This document shows, in pieces, positions 37,281 through 51,139 of a DNA stretch of 64,000 nucleotides. The position numbers were made by a program, and so were the translations under genes. Origin of the DNA: Eledone cirrhosa (lineage: Eukaryota); NCBI GenBank assembly GCA_964016885.1, contig OZ024742.1, positions 129,642,001 to 129,706,000 of the forward strand, given 5' to 3'. The notes under the pieces are model-generated. The model was not told the origin of the DNA, did not search any database, and saw nothing but the letters and a program-made list of their open reading frames with translations. Position 1 is the first letter of the stretch; every line of letters starts with the position of its first letter.

Positions 37281-40200
37281 TCATCATCATTTTACGTCCG
37301 CTGTTCCCTGCTTGCAAGTGTGGGACGGGTCTTATTTAGCACAGCATCTCTCCACTTCTCACGGTCCTTCATCATCCCCACCGTGAGCTTCAGCGATCTG
37401 AGGTCTGACCTCACCACCTCCGCCCATGTTTTTCGTGATCTACCTCTACCACGTGGCATTTCCTGGCACTTCTTCACCCATCGGTCATCCTCCATGCACA
37501 TCACATGTCCATACCACGTCAGTCTCCTCTCCCGTACACTACATTCTAACCCTCTCAACACATCCATGCTGGGTCGTTCACGCACATTGACATTGCACAT
37601 CCAGCGGAGCATGCATGCCTCATTTTTCTCCAGCCGTCGCATATCCTCTGCAGTTGCTGCCCATGTCTCACTACCATGCAGCATCGCGCTCCTCACACAG
37701 GCATCATATAACCGGCCTTTCGTATGCAGGGAGAAACCCTTCTTTGTCAGCAGAGGAAGCAGCTCCCTAAACTTCTTCCAACCCGTCCTTATTCTAGATA
37801 CTACGGCCTCGGAACACCCCTCTCCCATGCTAATCTGATCTCATAGGTACCAGAAGCTATCCACCACTTCTATAGCACCCGCCTGCATTTGAAAAATGTG
37901 TCCTTCAATGCGACTTCTACTGTCTAATTTCCCTGTACTTCTACTGCATACATATTTCTCCCTACCTGTTAGTTTGCCTGCTATCCCGCTACATCTCTTG
38001 TGCACCCAGGATCTGCATTGTGTGCATTTTATAAAATTTATGCCAGTTCCTTTTCTGCATATCGAACATGGCCATTCCCCTGACGGAATCAGAGTTTTGT
38101 CCTCTTTTCTATTCATCAACACTTTTGTCTTAGCTATGTTCACTCTCAGTCCTCTTGCTTCCAACTGCTATTTCCATAGCCAGAATTTATTCTCTAGCTC
38201 CTCTACTGATTCTGCTATAAGAACCAGATCGTCAGCATAGAGAAGTTCCCATGGACAGCCAGTCTTAAACTCCTCTGTTATGGCTTGGGGGACTATAATG
38301 AACAAGAGCGGGCTGAGGACCGAACCTTGATGTACTCCTACTTGTATCTGGAATTCCTCACTAAACTCCATTCCTACCCTGACTTTACTGAGAGTACTTC
38401 TGTACAAAGTTTGCAGTCCTCACAAGCCATTACTCAACACCTAGTTTCCTTAGGGACCAACAGATGACAGATAGGGGCACCCTATCAAAGGCCTTCTCTA
38501 GGTCAACAAAAGCTAAGTATAGTGGCTTATTTTTCTCTAAGAACCTCTCTTGTAATTGTCTCACCAAGAAGAGGGCATCTCTTGTACTCTTCCCAGGCAC
38601 AAAACCAAACTGCATCTCATCTAGTTTGACCCTTTCTCTAATTAGTTGTACTAATATCCTTTCTGCCTCTTTCATAACCTGATCCATCAGTTTTATACCC
38701 CTATAATTGCTCCTCTCCAGAGCATCCCCTTTACCTTTGTAGCAATTTATGAGAATACTGCTGCACCAGTCTTTGGGTATGACACCACCATATATAGCCT
38801 GATTGATGATGCGTGCAACCAGTTTAGTGCCTACGTCCCCTGATGCCTTCAGCATCTCAGCAACTATCCCCAATGGTCCAGCAGCCTTACCATTTTTCAT
38901 CTCCTTAATCGCCTCTTGGACCCTATATTCGTCAATCTCAATAGCTGGTCCCTCTGTTGGATCTACTGAGGGTGATTTCTCTCTCTCCCATTCGTTCTCC
39001 ACGTTCATCAGTCTCTCATAATGACATTTCCAGGCCTCCTTTTTCTGATCATTCATGACACTAAGTACACCAGCATCATTCCGGACACATTTATCTCCAA
39101 CAACATCCTGATTTGCAATATGGAACACCGCACGCCTCTGATCTTCCAGTCGCAGCACATTGGAAAACCTCCTACTCTCAGCCTCTCTGCGTGCTAAGTA
39201 CACCTGACGTCTAGCTTCTCTCTTAGCGGCTGTATATCCTTCCCTACTCCCACCTTTTTCCAAGCTAGTCTTTTGTCTCGAATGGCCTTATCTACTGTGC
39301 TGTTCCACCACCAGGTCACTCTCTGTCTGGTTGGAGCTCTGCTCCAGCCACAAGTTTCATCAGTAGTCTGCAGTAAGTTGTCACGTAAGAAATTCCAGTT
39401 ATTATCTATGTCACACGTCTCTAAATTGTCTTCTTTTTCATCATACACATCTTGAAGGGCTTTCCTAAATATGTATTTTAGTGAAAGGTCTTTTAGCTTC
39501 CAGACCTTTCTTCTCCACACCTTCCTGTGTCTCATTCCATCTCTTGCTTACTGAGATATCACTAATGACTCACCTATGCTGTGGGGTACATTCTTCCCCA
39601 GAGTATGCCTTGGTAATAGACACTATCTGCCTGTCCCGCTGCCGAACTAGTAAGAAGTCAATCTGGCTTATGTGCTCGCCAGATTTGTAGGTTATTAGGT
39701 GGTTAGCAGGTTTCTGGAAGTTAGTGTTGTAAATAATCAGTGTACTTGCATCACAAAATTCAAGAAGTCTCACTCCTTCATTTCTTGAGCTGTAACCGTG
39801 CACCCCAGTGTAACCATCCTGGAGCTGTCCAACATGACCATTGAAGTCCTCTGTTAGTATAACGATGTCTCCGTCCTCTGTCATTGCGATTGTTTGTAAA
39901 AGTTGCTCGTAAAAGCAGTCTTTCTCTTCTTTGCCTCGGCCTGCTTGGGGAGCATAGGCAGAGATGATTGTCAGTAGTCTACTACCTACAACTAATCTAA
40001 GCTTAATTATTCGATTACTAACTCGAACTACCTCTATTGTCTTATTGATTCATCTCTCAGCCAGGAAAATGCCTACTCCCCCTAACCCATCATCTTTACC
40101 TACCCAGAAAAGCTTATAGCTAAGATGTTTGCCTACGACTAGTCTTGCAGAGGCTCCTCTCCATCTCACCTCTTGCACGCAGCACATCCACATGCCTTCT

Positions 40201-40284
40201 CTCCAGCATCTCCGCTATTTCAGCAGATCTACCTCTGAGAGTGCCAACATTAAGTGTTGCAACTCTGAGATGCGACGTCTTCAT
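37281..40284 (-). mobile_element. Near-full-length RTE LINE ORF (APE, RT, PHD finger), disrupted
   Basis: [68 protein letters not shown], (ATG)n tail. Microsatellites on both flanks. Confidence 0.95.
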
Positions 40285-40572
40285 ATTTATATATATATAT
40301 ACATATACATATATATACACATACATACATATATATATACATACACATATATATACATACACATACATATATATATATACATACATATATATATATACAT
40401 ACACATACATACATATATATATAGATACACATATAGGTTTATTCAATAATTTCAGTAAATTTGAGGGTTATTGGAGATGGTACCATTATAAACACTCAAT
40501 ACTAAGATAGAGCGTAGTATAAATTAAGTATAAGACAAAGTTTCACATGAATGCTTTTATTGATTATCGACC

Positions 40573-40654
40573 AGTTACATACATTTCACAGATGGTTGGC
40601 TCAAGGTCTGTGTTATAGACCTGACTCGTCCAGCATCAATCTGTTCATCAGACT
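40573..40654 (-). ncRNA. Type-I hammerhead motif (left arm)
   Basis: AGT-CTGATGA-ACAGAT..ATCTGT-GAAA-T(GTAT)G-TA^-ACT. Confidence 0.68.
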
Positions 40655-40685
40655 TATTAATTAAGCTTTTGATTTTAGCTTAATA

Positions 40686-40767
40686 AGTCTGATGAGCAGA
40701 TTGATGCTGGACAAGTCAGGTCTATAACACGGACCTTGAGCCATCCAGCTGTGAAATGTACATAACT
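40686..40767 (+). ncRNA. Type-I hammerhead motif (right arm)
   Basis: AGT-CTGATGA-GCAG..(AGGTC..GACCT hairpin)..CTGT-GAAA-T(GTAC)A-TA^-ACT. Palindromic stem III, short stem I. Confidence 0.68.
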
Positions 40768-40815
40768 GGTCGATAATCAATAAAAACATTCATGTGAAGC
40801 TTAGTCTTATACTTA

Positions 40816-40853
<38 letters not shown>

Positions 40854-41157
40854 GTAAGTCCAAAGAATCGTTAGATAAAATATATACAGTATTTCCTCTC
40901 CTAATCAGTATAAATCAACCACATAAAAAAAATTATTTAAACGAGGCTATAAGTTTAAAATGTACTTATGAAGAAATAATAGACAAATGATACAGATTCT
41001 TTTCCCTGATGTACAGCCATATGGCACTTACCTAATTATTTCTTCTAGCCTGTAGAGATTGACTAGACAAATAGTTAACTACACGGATCTAGGTACAAAA
41101 TCGAAGTTTGAAGAAAAAATGTACATAAACTTTACCAGAAATATATATATATATATA

Positions 41158-41318
41158 GTGAAAGATTGAAGAATAACATGGTCAGCTGCTCAAAAAGGGT
41201 TTTATTTTTAGTATTAACAATTGGTTCATTGATCAGGTGAGTCTAAAGGTCGCTAATCACTCGAAGTTGCGTCACTCGACCTTAAATACAGTGTTTGCCT
41301 CTGATCAAATCATCGGAA

Positions 41319-41322
<4 letters not shown>
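41158..41322 (-). repeat. Second copy of the 13112-13277 element, inside (TA)n, hammerhead-like
   Basis: AGTATT-CCGATGA-T-TTGATCAG..CTGATCAA-T-GAAC-CAATTG-TT^-AATACT at 41210-41322. Perfect 6-bp stem I; GAAA mutated to GAAC. Confidence 0.7.
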
Positions 41323-41353
<31 letters not shown>

Positions 41354-41959
41354 CATTCATATACATACAGACACATACATACATATTTAAACATACAAAC
41401 TTTGATAACTTTTTCTTGGCAGGAAACATACTAACTATAAAGTATTTAAAGATTTATTTCTTTTGCAAACTGAGTACAAGAGATGAAAAATAATATCAAA
41501 TATAAAATATATCACTAGTAATAAATAGTCCATCTGTGGACTCATAAATCTTGATGGAGTTGTAGGAATATTGTCGTTATATATGGCATGTTTTAGGCAT
41601 TTAAACCTAACGGAGCTCATCCCTCTCCAGGTCTGCACACAGCCAATCTCTTTGAGAGAGAGAGAGAGAGAAAGAAAAAGAAATAGAGGAAAAAAAATCA
41701 CCCCAGTATTGAACTGGTACTTTATTTATTGACCTTGAAAGGATGAAAGGCAAAGTTGATCTCGGTGGGATTTGAACTCAGAGAGCTGGAACCAATAAGG
41801 CAAAGCATTCTATCTGACATTTTAACAACTCTATCAATTCGCCACTTAGAATAAAATACTATGAGGTAAAATAATATCTAAACATTGACATAAATTATAC
41901 AGATAATAGAAAAGGTGACCCTGGTTGATTACACTACATAAGATATAGACATAAATAAA

Positions 41960-42255
41960 ACTGTTGGTTATGACGAGTGTTCTAGTTGATATGATCAACA
42001 AAACAATCTGCTTGTGAAATTAACGTGCATGTGGCTGACTATTCCACAGACTCACGTACCCTTGACATAATTCTCAGGGAGATTCAGCATGATATAGAAT
42101 GTGCCAAGGCTAGCCCTTCGAATTACAAGTACAACTCATTTTTGCCAGCAGAGTTGACTGGAGCAATGTGAAATGAAGGACACAACACCCTGTTGGGAAT
42201 CGAACTCATGACCTAACAATTTTGAGCCAAATACCCTAACCACTAGGCCATTTGT
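41960..42255 (-). mobile_element. CORE-like tRNA-derived SINE with a different tail
   Basis: Reverse strand ATGGCCTAGTGGTTAGGG..GAGTTCGATTCCC..CACATTGCTCCAGTCAACTC. Related pieces at 44765-45005 and 45135-45300. Confidence 0.7.
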
Positions 42256-42944
42256 CTACAGACATAGACATAAATCATAGAGATAATTCAAAAGGTGGCC
42301 CTGGATATTGCACTAAATATAATTATGAACTTTTTGTTAGAGAAAAAAAAAAATAGTTTTTAAATTGGTTTACAAGCCATAAATATGTGGAGTCCTCAAT
42401 TCCTGATGGAGTTGAAGGAATGTTTTGGGCATGGCAGAGCCCACCCCTAATTTCCAGAGAGAGACAGAGACAGGAAGAATTGACTCCAGCATCAAGCTGG
42501 TACTTTATCGACCTTGAAAGAATAAAAGACAAATATGAACCCAGAGGGATTTGAACTGAAAAACTGAGAGGGCAGAGAGAGACAGAATAAACACCACAAA
42601 ATATTCATTCCAATGTTCTAAAGACTGAGTTGATTGGCAACTTTTACAAAACATTAAAAAAATGAAATAATCAAAGAAATAATCAATATTTTGCAGAAAG
42701 GAAAAAAAAAAGACTTTTATGACAAACAGAGAGAATGATGAGTTGGAGGGTTTTAGTGCTTTGTATGATAATTGTATCAGGATTAATCTAAATAGGAAAT
42801 GCTAAGGAGTGTCACTGTGAAGGAATAACAAAATAAATGCCTGCAACCCCCCCCCCCCACACCACCATTTATTTTTGTGCTAGAAACATTGAAATAGTTA
42901 AAACAATCAAATAGATGAAAACATGATGACAGCAATGAGTGTAT

Positions 42945-43084
42945 ATTTATGTACACATACATACACACGCACATGTATATATATACATATATACACACAT
43001 ATACATACATACATATATACATACATACACATACACATATATATATATATACACATACATACATATATACATATATACATACAT

Positions 43085-43115
<31 letters not shown>

Positions 43116-43142
43116 CATACATACACATACACACACACACAT

Positions 43143-43175
<33 letters not shown>

Positions 43176-43387
43176 CATACATACACATACACACATATAT
43201 ATATACATACATACACATATATATATATACATACATACACACACATATATATATACATACATACACATACACACATACATATATACATACATACACATAT
43301 ATATATATATATACATACACATATATATATATATATATACATACACATATATATATATATATACATACATATATACATATACATACT

Positions 43388-43429
<42 letters not shown>

Positions 43430-43650
43430 CATATATATACATACATATATACATACATATATATATACATACATATATATATATACATACATACATATAT
43501 ATATATACATACATATATATATACATACATATATACATACATATATATATACATACATACATATATACATACATATATATATATACATACATACATACAT
43601 ATATACATACATTATATATATATATATATATACACATACACATATACATA
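42945..43650. repeat. (TA)/(TACA)/(CA) compound microsatellite
   Basis: Seen directly. Confidence 0.97.
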
Positions 43651-43652
43651 CA

Positions 43653-43947
43653 GCACATGGCTTAGTGGTTAGAGCATTGGCCTTGCAATCGAAAGGTTGG
43701 GAGTTCAATTCTCAGACCGGGTGATGTGTTGTTTGCTTAAGCAAGACACTTTATTACACAATGGTCTAGTCTATTCAGCTGTAGAAGTGAGATGATAGGG
43801 ACTGGGGTCCCTATCATTCCACTGCAAAGTGGTCATGGAGGTGCCACGGCAAAAAAGCACCCAGCTGTAGAAATCAAGCCAGAATCAGTTCCCGTCCAAC
43901 CCTTGCAAGCAGGGAAAAGCGGACGTAAAAATGATGATGATGATGAT
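43653..43947 (+). mobile_element. CORE-like SINE with RTE tail (second copy)
   Basis: Close match to 36646-36988 with an internal deletion. Confidence 0.85.
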
Positions 43948-43959
43948 ATATACATACAT

Positions 43960-43997
<38 letters not shown>

Positions 43998-44062
43998 GTA
44001 TACATACACACACATATATACACACACACACATGTGTGCGTATGTATGTATATATGTGTGTG

Positions 44063-44099
<37 letters not shown>

Positions 44100-44183
44100 G
44101 TATATATATATATATGCATATATATGTATGTATATATATATACGTATATATATATATATACGTGTATACATGTATATATATAC

Positions 44184-44214
<31 letters not shown>

Positions 44215-46726
44215 CGTGTATATATATATATATATATAAAAAAACTTATGAATTAAATATAGTTGGTTATTAATTTTTGCAGCTGAGATACACAGCTTTG
44301 GATATATACAAATATATGGAAGATGTGTGCCTAATGTCCAATTAAAACTGTATTAATATATATATAATATATATATAGTGTGTGTGCGTGTGTGAATAAA
44401 CTAGCTGTAGAGCTAGCAATATGTGTCACAGATGGGTTAATCAAATGAGTGTCTGTTAATTAACTAGCAATGTGAGTGTGTGTATGTATATGTGTGTGTC
44501 ACAACTGAGCTAATCAAATGAGTATGTTAGTTAACTAGCATGTTATATGTATCTTGTTATGAGAGATGTGTTATGTCTGTGTCCATATCAGATACAACTT
44601 GTTTCAATCACTGATCCAGTCCACCACGCAACAAATATGTACCAAGGAGAAAATGAAAAAAAAAATTTTTAAATATATATATATATACAAATAAAAAAAA
44701 AAGTACAAAGTACAAAAAAAAAAAGATGGATTTGTCACTTGCAGTGCCAATTATAAAATTTCTGTGGAGGGAGATAGAGAGTCTAAAGTCTGTCTTGGGT
44801 CCAGAGGCTCATCCAGCAAGTGCTTATGCCAGTTTCTGTGGTGTGAAGAGACAGAGTACAAGACTCCCTCATGGATCGGATGCCTGTCCATCACAGGGTT
44901 AACCCCCGACCCCCCCCCCCCAGCTATTACTGGTACTCATTTTCAGCTGAGTATACTGGAGCAATGTGAAATGAAGTGTTTTGATCAAGAAAACAACACA
45001 ACTCAGTCCACGAATCAAACTAAATAGACAGTGATGAACTCATATCAGCTTGGTCTGTGGATACACTGTACAAATGGCTAAGACAGCTTGCAATGTTTCA
45101 GTCACCTAATGTGGAATACAATGGCACTCCAGTTTCGATGAGTGTTTCTAGTTTTTTTAATCAACAGAACAGCCTGTTCATGAAATTTGTGTGTTAATGT
45201 TTGAGAATTTCACAGACATATGTACTCTTAACATAATTCTCAGGGAGATTCAGCATAACACAATATGTGTGTGTGAAATGGCTGGCCTGTTGAAGGTACA
45301 CTTCCAAACGGTTTCTACATAACCAATTTCAATCACAAGGCATAGGTAAATAACTTGACATTTGCCCAAAATGCCATGTAGAAGGATTGAACTAGGGTTT
45401 TAATGACTGTTGAATCAAACTTCTTAACCATTCGACCATGCAGTGTTCATGATCTAATGGGCCTCACTGTTCTTGGCATACATTCATGCATGAAACTCTA
45501 GTTTTCATAGCCAGAGTAGTTAGTTAACACTAAATATACTTTTTGATACTGAATGAAACAATAGCTGCCACATTGGTTAACCCTTTTGATACCTAACCTC
45601 TGAAACTGCCTAGCTTCTATAATACAAAACTGTTTATATTTATCTAAAAACCTTCATTCATAATTTTATGTAAGAACTTTTGTTATGTTCCAAACAGTAG
45701 GTCAATATTGATTCTTGATTATTTGCAAAATTATTTGAAAACCATAGGCAGTGTCTTTCATTAGCAATATGGTAACAAAAGGGTTTAAAAGTGCTAATAA
45801 GAACTAGTATATCATGTTGTGTGAATCTCTTTGAAAAACTAAGATATTTAACATTGGGAGAAGACACTCAGCATAGAAGGCTGCAGCTCACTCTACAAAG
45901 TGCTGGTGCCATGATAAAGTGCACCCAGTACATACTATAAAGTGGTTGGCATTAGCAAGGGCATCATCCAGCCATGCCAAACTGAATAATCTTTCTAATC
46001 TAAGAATGTGACACCCCATCCAACCTATGCCAGCGCAGAAAATAGACATTAAACAGCGATGATAATGATGATACATCCATTACATCCATACACACACACA
46101 CACATATATACATATATATAATCTTCTTCGTCCACTTATTACTGAGAGAGTTGAGGGTGCAGAGTCCTCAAACACTACTTCCAGCGGGTCCTGTCAGAAG
46201 CAACAGTCTCCAATTGATCTAGCTGGATCCCCAAGCAAGACCAGCCAAGCTCATGGATGTTATCCAACCATATATATATATACACACACAAACATGTGTG
46301 TCTGTGTGTTTGTATTTGCATTTGTGTTGTTGAGTAATTCTAGTACGCTGGCCACTTTTCTAAATCTTGAAGTTATTTTTTTTATATTGTTGTAACAAGT
46401 TTGGGGGGGGGGGGGGGGTATAGGTGAATGCTTAAATGAAGGGGTGGAGTTGAAGGATAATATGAATAAATTAACGAATTATAAAATTAAAATAAATTAT
46501 AAGGCATTTTAAAAATTGTTGGCAAGGATTGAGTAAAATTAGGTAAGGAAAGTGATATTAATGAAGCTCTCCACCACAAATATTTGATATCGTTCAAATT
46601 ATCAGAAATCCTTTACTTTTAAACCCTCTGTCTACTCACGAAGAGAGACAAAACAATGTAACACTAAAACCAGATTGGAAACTAAAATTACCATTCTTAC
46701 TTATTCTTATAATGGTGTTAAGTGCA

Positions 46727-46799
<73 letters not shown>

Positions 46800-47911
46800 G
46801 AAAGAGCATGGAGCTATAGAAAGCTTACTAAACAAAGGGTTGCAAGGACTCTTCAGTTGTGTCAAAGACATGACAACCTCTCTAGTGCTGGTGACATGAT
46901 AAAATGTATTTGATAGAATGTGGAACTGTATATAAGCAAGATAGTTTATAAATGTATGGTCAATACACCCATAACTAATAAAGCTTACATAAATAGGGTT
47001 AACAGCCAATAGATTCAAGTAGCATTTATACATGCGCTTTCATTCATTTCTAAATCCTTTAAGTAATATGACTTCACCTTCGATCTATATCTAGAGTTTA
47101 AAAGACAAAACCATTTGATATAAGTTACATTGGGAGAACTTAGCTAAAGTAGATTTTTACAACAGCAATAAAAAAAACCCAGTGATCTTTGTACTGCTGA
47201 AGCCTTGGAAATCCTTTAGGCTAAGAGATGTATTTTTTTTAAAATCAGTACCTGTAAACATAAACTATATAAAACGTTCCTATATTACAGCCCAACATTG
47301 TATTCTAATAGATAAGACAAGTTTACACCTCAACAGTGTACAGAAGGTATACACCATGATACAGTAGCTAAGAACAACCCAACTTTATGCTCACTTATAT
47401 ATATATATATTTTATACTGTATATTTTTTGCATATATATAAGCACATGCAATAACACTTGCAAACACATACCTATGTATGACAATGAATTAGCCTACCAT
47501 TACTGCTGACTTCTAATATATTTACCTCATTGTTATTAGTTTATTATTATCAGTATCTTTGGGTTTAAAACGTTACTTCGTTAACAAATTTTCCATATAT
47601 GGTAGTCAGAAAATATTCAGTTTATTTATTTAAAAAGCAAATAAGCCTCCTAATGTTTTCATAGCAACAATTAGTTTTTCCCACTTCACTAAATGATGTA
47701 ATTATATCTCTTATTTGCATACAAATAGCTAAAACTCAAATGAACGTTTTCACACTTTAATGTTATGTCATTCTAGTTTTGAAAGGCAATATTTGTTCGT
47801 AATTTTTTTTGAAATATTTATATCTGCATCTAACGATTGGTATATCTCAATTTCAGAAGATCCCACATAAGGGTGAAAGCAGAAATTGTTCGCTTAAATT
47901 TTTAAATCTGT

Positions 47912-47950
<39 letters not shown>

Positions 47951-48886
47951 TTTTATTTACTAAATCTCATTTCATTGTCAACAATTTGTATCAAATAATT
48001 ATAATTTGTAAAAAATAAAAAAAATATATATATTTTAGTTAGCAAGCAATCTGTTGATAGATTTTACTCTTAACATCATGTAATAATATAGTAGAGCATA
48101 CCTAAAAACAGGTTAGTTAATTCAAATGTTTGTAGTATGTTTACTAGTGGACAGATCATTGTGAACATTTTAGAATTAGGCTAAAGTAAAGACTTTTATT
48201 TTTAATGTGATGCAATGATAGTACTGTCTTATACTTTTCATAAATGCTTTGCTAATGAGGTTTCATGTGGTATAGGATGTTAAGATTTAAAGACTGGTTA
48301 GAAAAGTAAAATATAGAAAATGAGAAAATTCCTCAAAAATAAAACATTTTTTTTTGTTTTTGTTTTCAATCTGAAACATCGAGCCTAATTAATTCGTTAA
48401 CAAAATTGTCAGGAGAAAAAAAACAAAAAAAAAAACAAAAGATATGATAACCATAAACCTTTTACAAATGAGTAAAATAATAAATACATATTGAGAGGGC
48501 TAAATATGGAAATGTTGTCATACCAACACTGATAACTATAACAATAGTTGATCACTGAATAATAGATGGAAAAATTAGGTAAAGTCCCATGGAGATGGAA
48601 AAAAAATGTGAAGAGAGATACCTGCAAGGAATTGGAACACACATCTTTTATAATGGTTTGAAATGTCAGCCTAGACAAATAAAACCATATACATAAAACG
48701 AAAAAAAATTGTTTTTTTAATGTTTACATTTTTAAAGCAAATGTGGACACAAATAAATTATAGAACAGAGAACCAAAGAGTGAGCAGTTGTTGAGAGCAG
48801 TAGATACTCACTTTTTGATGCTAAGTCATTTGCGTTTGTATCTACATTTCATTAAAAATATATAGACATGAATTATTCATTTTTCA

Positions 48887-49112
48887 CCCCCTTTCATTAC
48901 CATATATCTAATGAATGACATTACCTATAATATTCAAATTATATTGAAAATAATCAAAATTTTGAAGGGATTTATTCATACAACTAACTTTCTCATTAAG
49001 CTGGTGTTTGATATATAACAAAGGTTCTTACATAAAATTATGATGAAAGGTTTTTAAATAAATATGTAGATACATTTTAAAATAACAGTTTTTTTTTGCA
49101 TCAAAAGGGTTG
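48887..49112. mobile_element. TTAA-type MITE, reverse orientation
   Basis: Reverse complement of the family at 49454-49708, 45577-45787, 61989-62215 and 29505-29760. Confidence 0.65.
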
Positions 49113-49453
49113 ATTCTTAGATTAGTCCTAAACTGACTGTGTTTGTTTTTTTTTGTTTTTTTTTTAATTCATAAAATTTCACAAAAAAAAAAAGCTTTTC
49201 TAAAATTATTAGAAAAGTAAGTTTTCTCAAGATCAAATTTGTCAATTTAAAGATCTACAAATATGATTATCTACATAGAAGAAAAGTTACAGTTGAAATC
49301 AAGCAATATAAAACAAGGAGCTGCAAAGTGTTACAAGGAAGATTACTGAAGTAAAGAGAAAATAAATGGTTACAATGTATATTGAGTGGACTGTAGAACC
49401 AAGACATATATATACTTAGATGCATGTTAATAATCTATGATGCTTTGGAGTCT

Positions 49454-49708
49454 TTAACCATTTTGATACCAAACTGCTTGAAACTAATCCTGGTTCTATG
49501 ATACAAAAAAAACTATTCATTTTATAGTGTTCATATTTGTCTAAGAGCCTTCCATTATAATATGTAAGAACCTTTGTTGATTTATGTTCTAAACACCAAC
49601 TTAATGAGAAAGTGAGTTATGTTACTAAATCCTTACAAATTCTTGATTAATTTCAAAATTATTTGAAAATCATAGACTTTCATTAGGAATATAGCATCAG
49701 AATGGTTA
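49454..49708. mobile_element. TTAA-type (piggyBac-like) MITE
   Basis: TTAACCATTTTGATAC ... GCATCAGAATGGTTAA. Confidence 0.7.
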
Positions 49709-50233
49709 AACAAGAAACTAATAAATTACAGAAGCTGGTTCATTCACCCACAAAGCCAACAAATTAATTCAACAAAATAAATCCTAAATTTCTAAGCTTT
49801 AAATATTACTTCCCATCCTGGCTCCACACAACCAAATGTTTTGGTTTTCAAAATCTTTAGACAATTTGGAACCTAACAAACAATCTATATAATAATTTTA
49901 GTAGTTATGTCTGTATTTTCTTATCACCACATTTTGTAATATTCTTCTTCTTCTTCGTTTGGATATTAGAACAATATCAAATAATTGAGCTTTATGGATG
50001 TTGTTAGACCGTAGCACTAGATCAAAAAAAATATTTTTGTACTAGTCTTGTAATTGTATAACAATGAAATTAATAATATATCAAGCATGCATATATATCA
50101 CACACACGTGTTGGAATATAAAGCAACACATTCATTCCTATGACAATTTTTTTCCATTGTTTGTCTAGATTATATCTAACCAATATTTGTTTACTTTAAT
50201 ATATATATATATATACATACATACATACATACA

Positions 50234-50298
50234 TACGAGGGTGCTGAAAAACATTTTGAGGAATGAGTTAATCTGAGAACTTTTCACCACTCTCTCAT
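50234..50298. mobile_element. Tiny mariner-type MITE remnant
   Basis: TACGAGGGTGCTGAAAA ... TTTTCACCACTCTCTCATA: imperfect TIRs with TA ends. Confidence 0.55.
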
Positions 50299-50535
50299 AT
50301 ATATATATAATTTTTTTGCAAACTCATACATTCTCTTTTCTTATAAAAAACAAAAGAACTAAAATGTATAAAATATGCCCAATTAATTAAATGTTTAGTT
50401 GATAGCTATTTTTGGTATGAAATAAAAAAAAAAAAAAAAAATCTATTCTTTTTTTTTTCACTTGATTTTTGGCCGGAAATTATTTTCGTTTGATGGATGA
50501 TCCTTGAATGAAACGTTCAAATGACACTTGGTTTG

Positions 50536-51139
50536 CTAGACAACATCCCCTCGCGTACTAGATAAATTCAACGTTGTCTGATCCAAATATTCTAAACGTC
50601 GAAAGAATAAGTTTTTTGCAAAATCATAAAATAACATATCTATTTTGTTGAGTTTGGTGATATGTACTAGTTGATTCCATGTAAGATTAACTCTGTTGCT
50701 ATGTGTGGAATTATATTGTTCAAAGTCTTCATGAAAGTTTAAGTGAAATGTATTTTCAAATAATCTTTGAGATTGCAATTGAAATTCTGTCATTCCAAAG
50801 AAAGCCATACTTAATAAATTTTCTTTGGCGCTTTCTAATATAATAGAATTCCTCTCTTCTTCACTCATCCCTGTACGATTATAGCAATTGACTTTGCTCA
50901 GGTTTGCAAGCATACGGACTTGTCTGTTGACAGCCATGTTGTCTGGGCATGCCAGGAAAGAATCCAGTGAAACTTTTCGCCAGTTGTGGCCTGTGTAACA
51001 AAAAGGTACTTCTTCCAGGGTGGCGTCATTGCCATTGCAACGGTAATTGGTTGACCTCCAAGTAGCACCACGATATACATGCCGCCACTCACTGAGATAT
51101 CGATGAACCGGATGACGTAAAAATGTGATATAATGATAT
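50536..51139 (-). CDS. HS6ST: Heparan-sulfate 6-O-sulfotransferase, terminal coding exon
   Basis: YITFLRHPVHRYLSEWRHVYRGATW (3'-PAPS-binding region), NMAVNRQVRMLANLS..CYN, LESAKENLLSMAFFGMTEFQ..QRLFENTF..F.QYNST, LN..DM..YDFAK.LF, all HS6ST family signatures. Polypyrimidine tract and TTTCTGCAG acceptor (AG at 51141-51140, phase 2); TAG stop at 50538-50536. Confidence 0.96.

Larger units (their letters stand above)
40523..40817. repeat. Inverted repeat (about 138-bp arms) with a hammerhead in each arm
   Basis: Arms 40523-40660 and 40680-40817; (TA)n follows. Confidence 0.9.
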
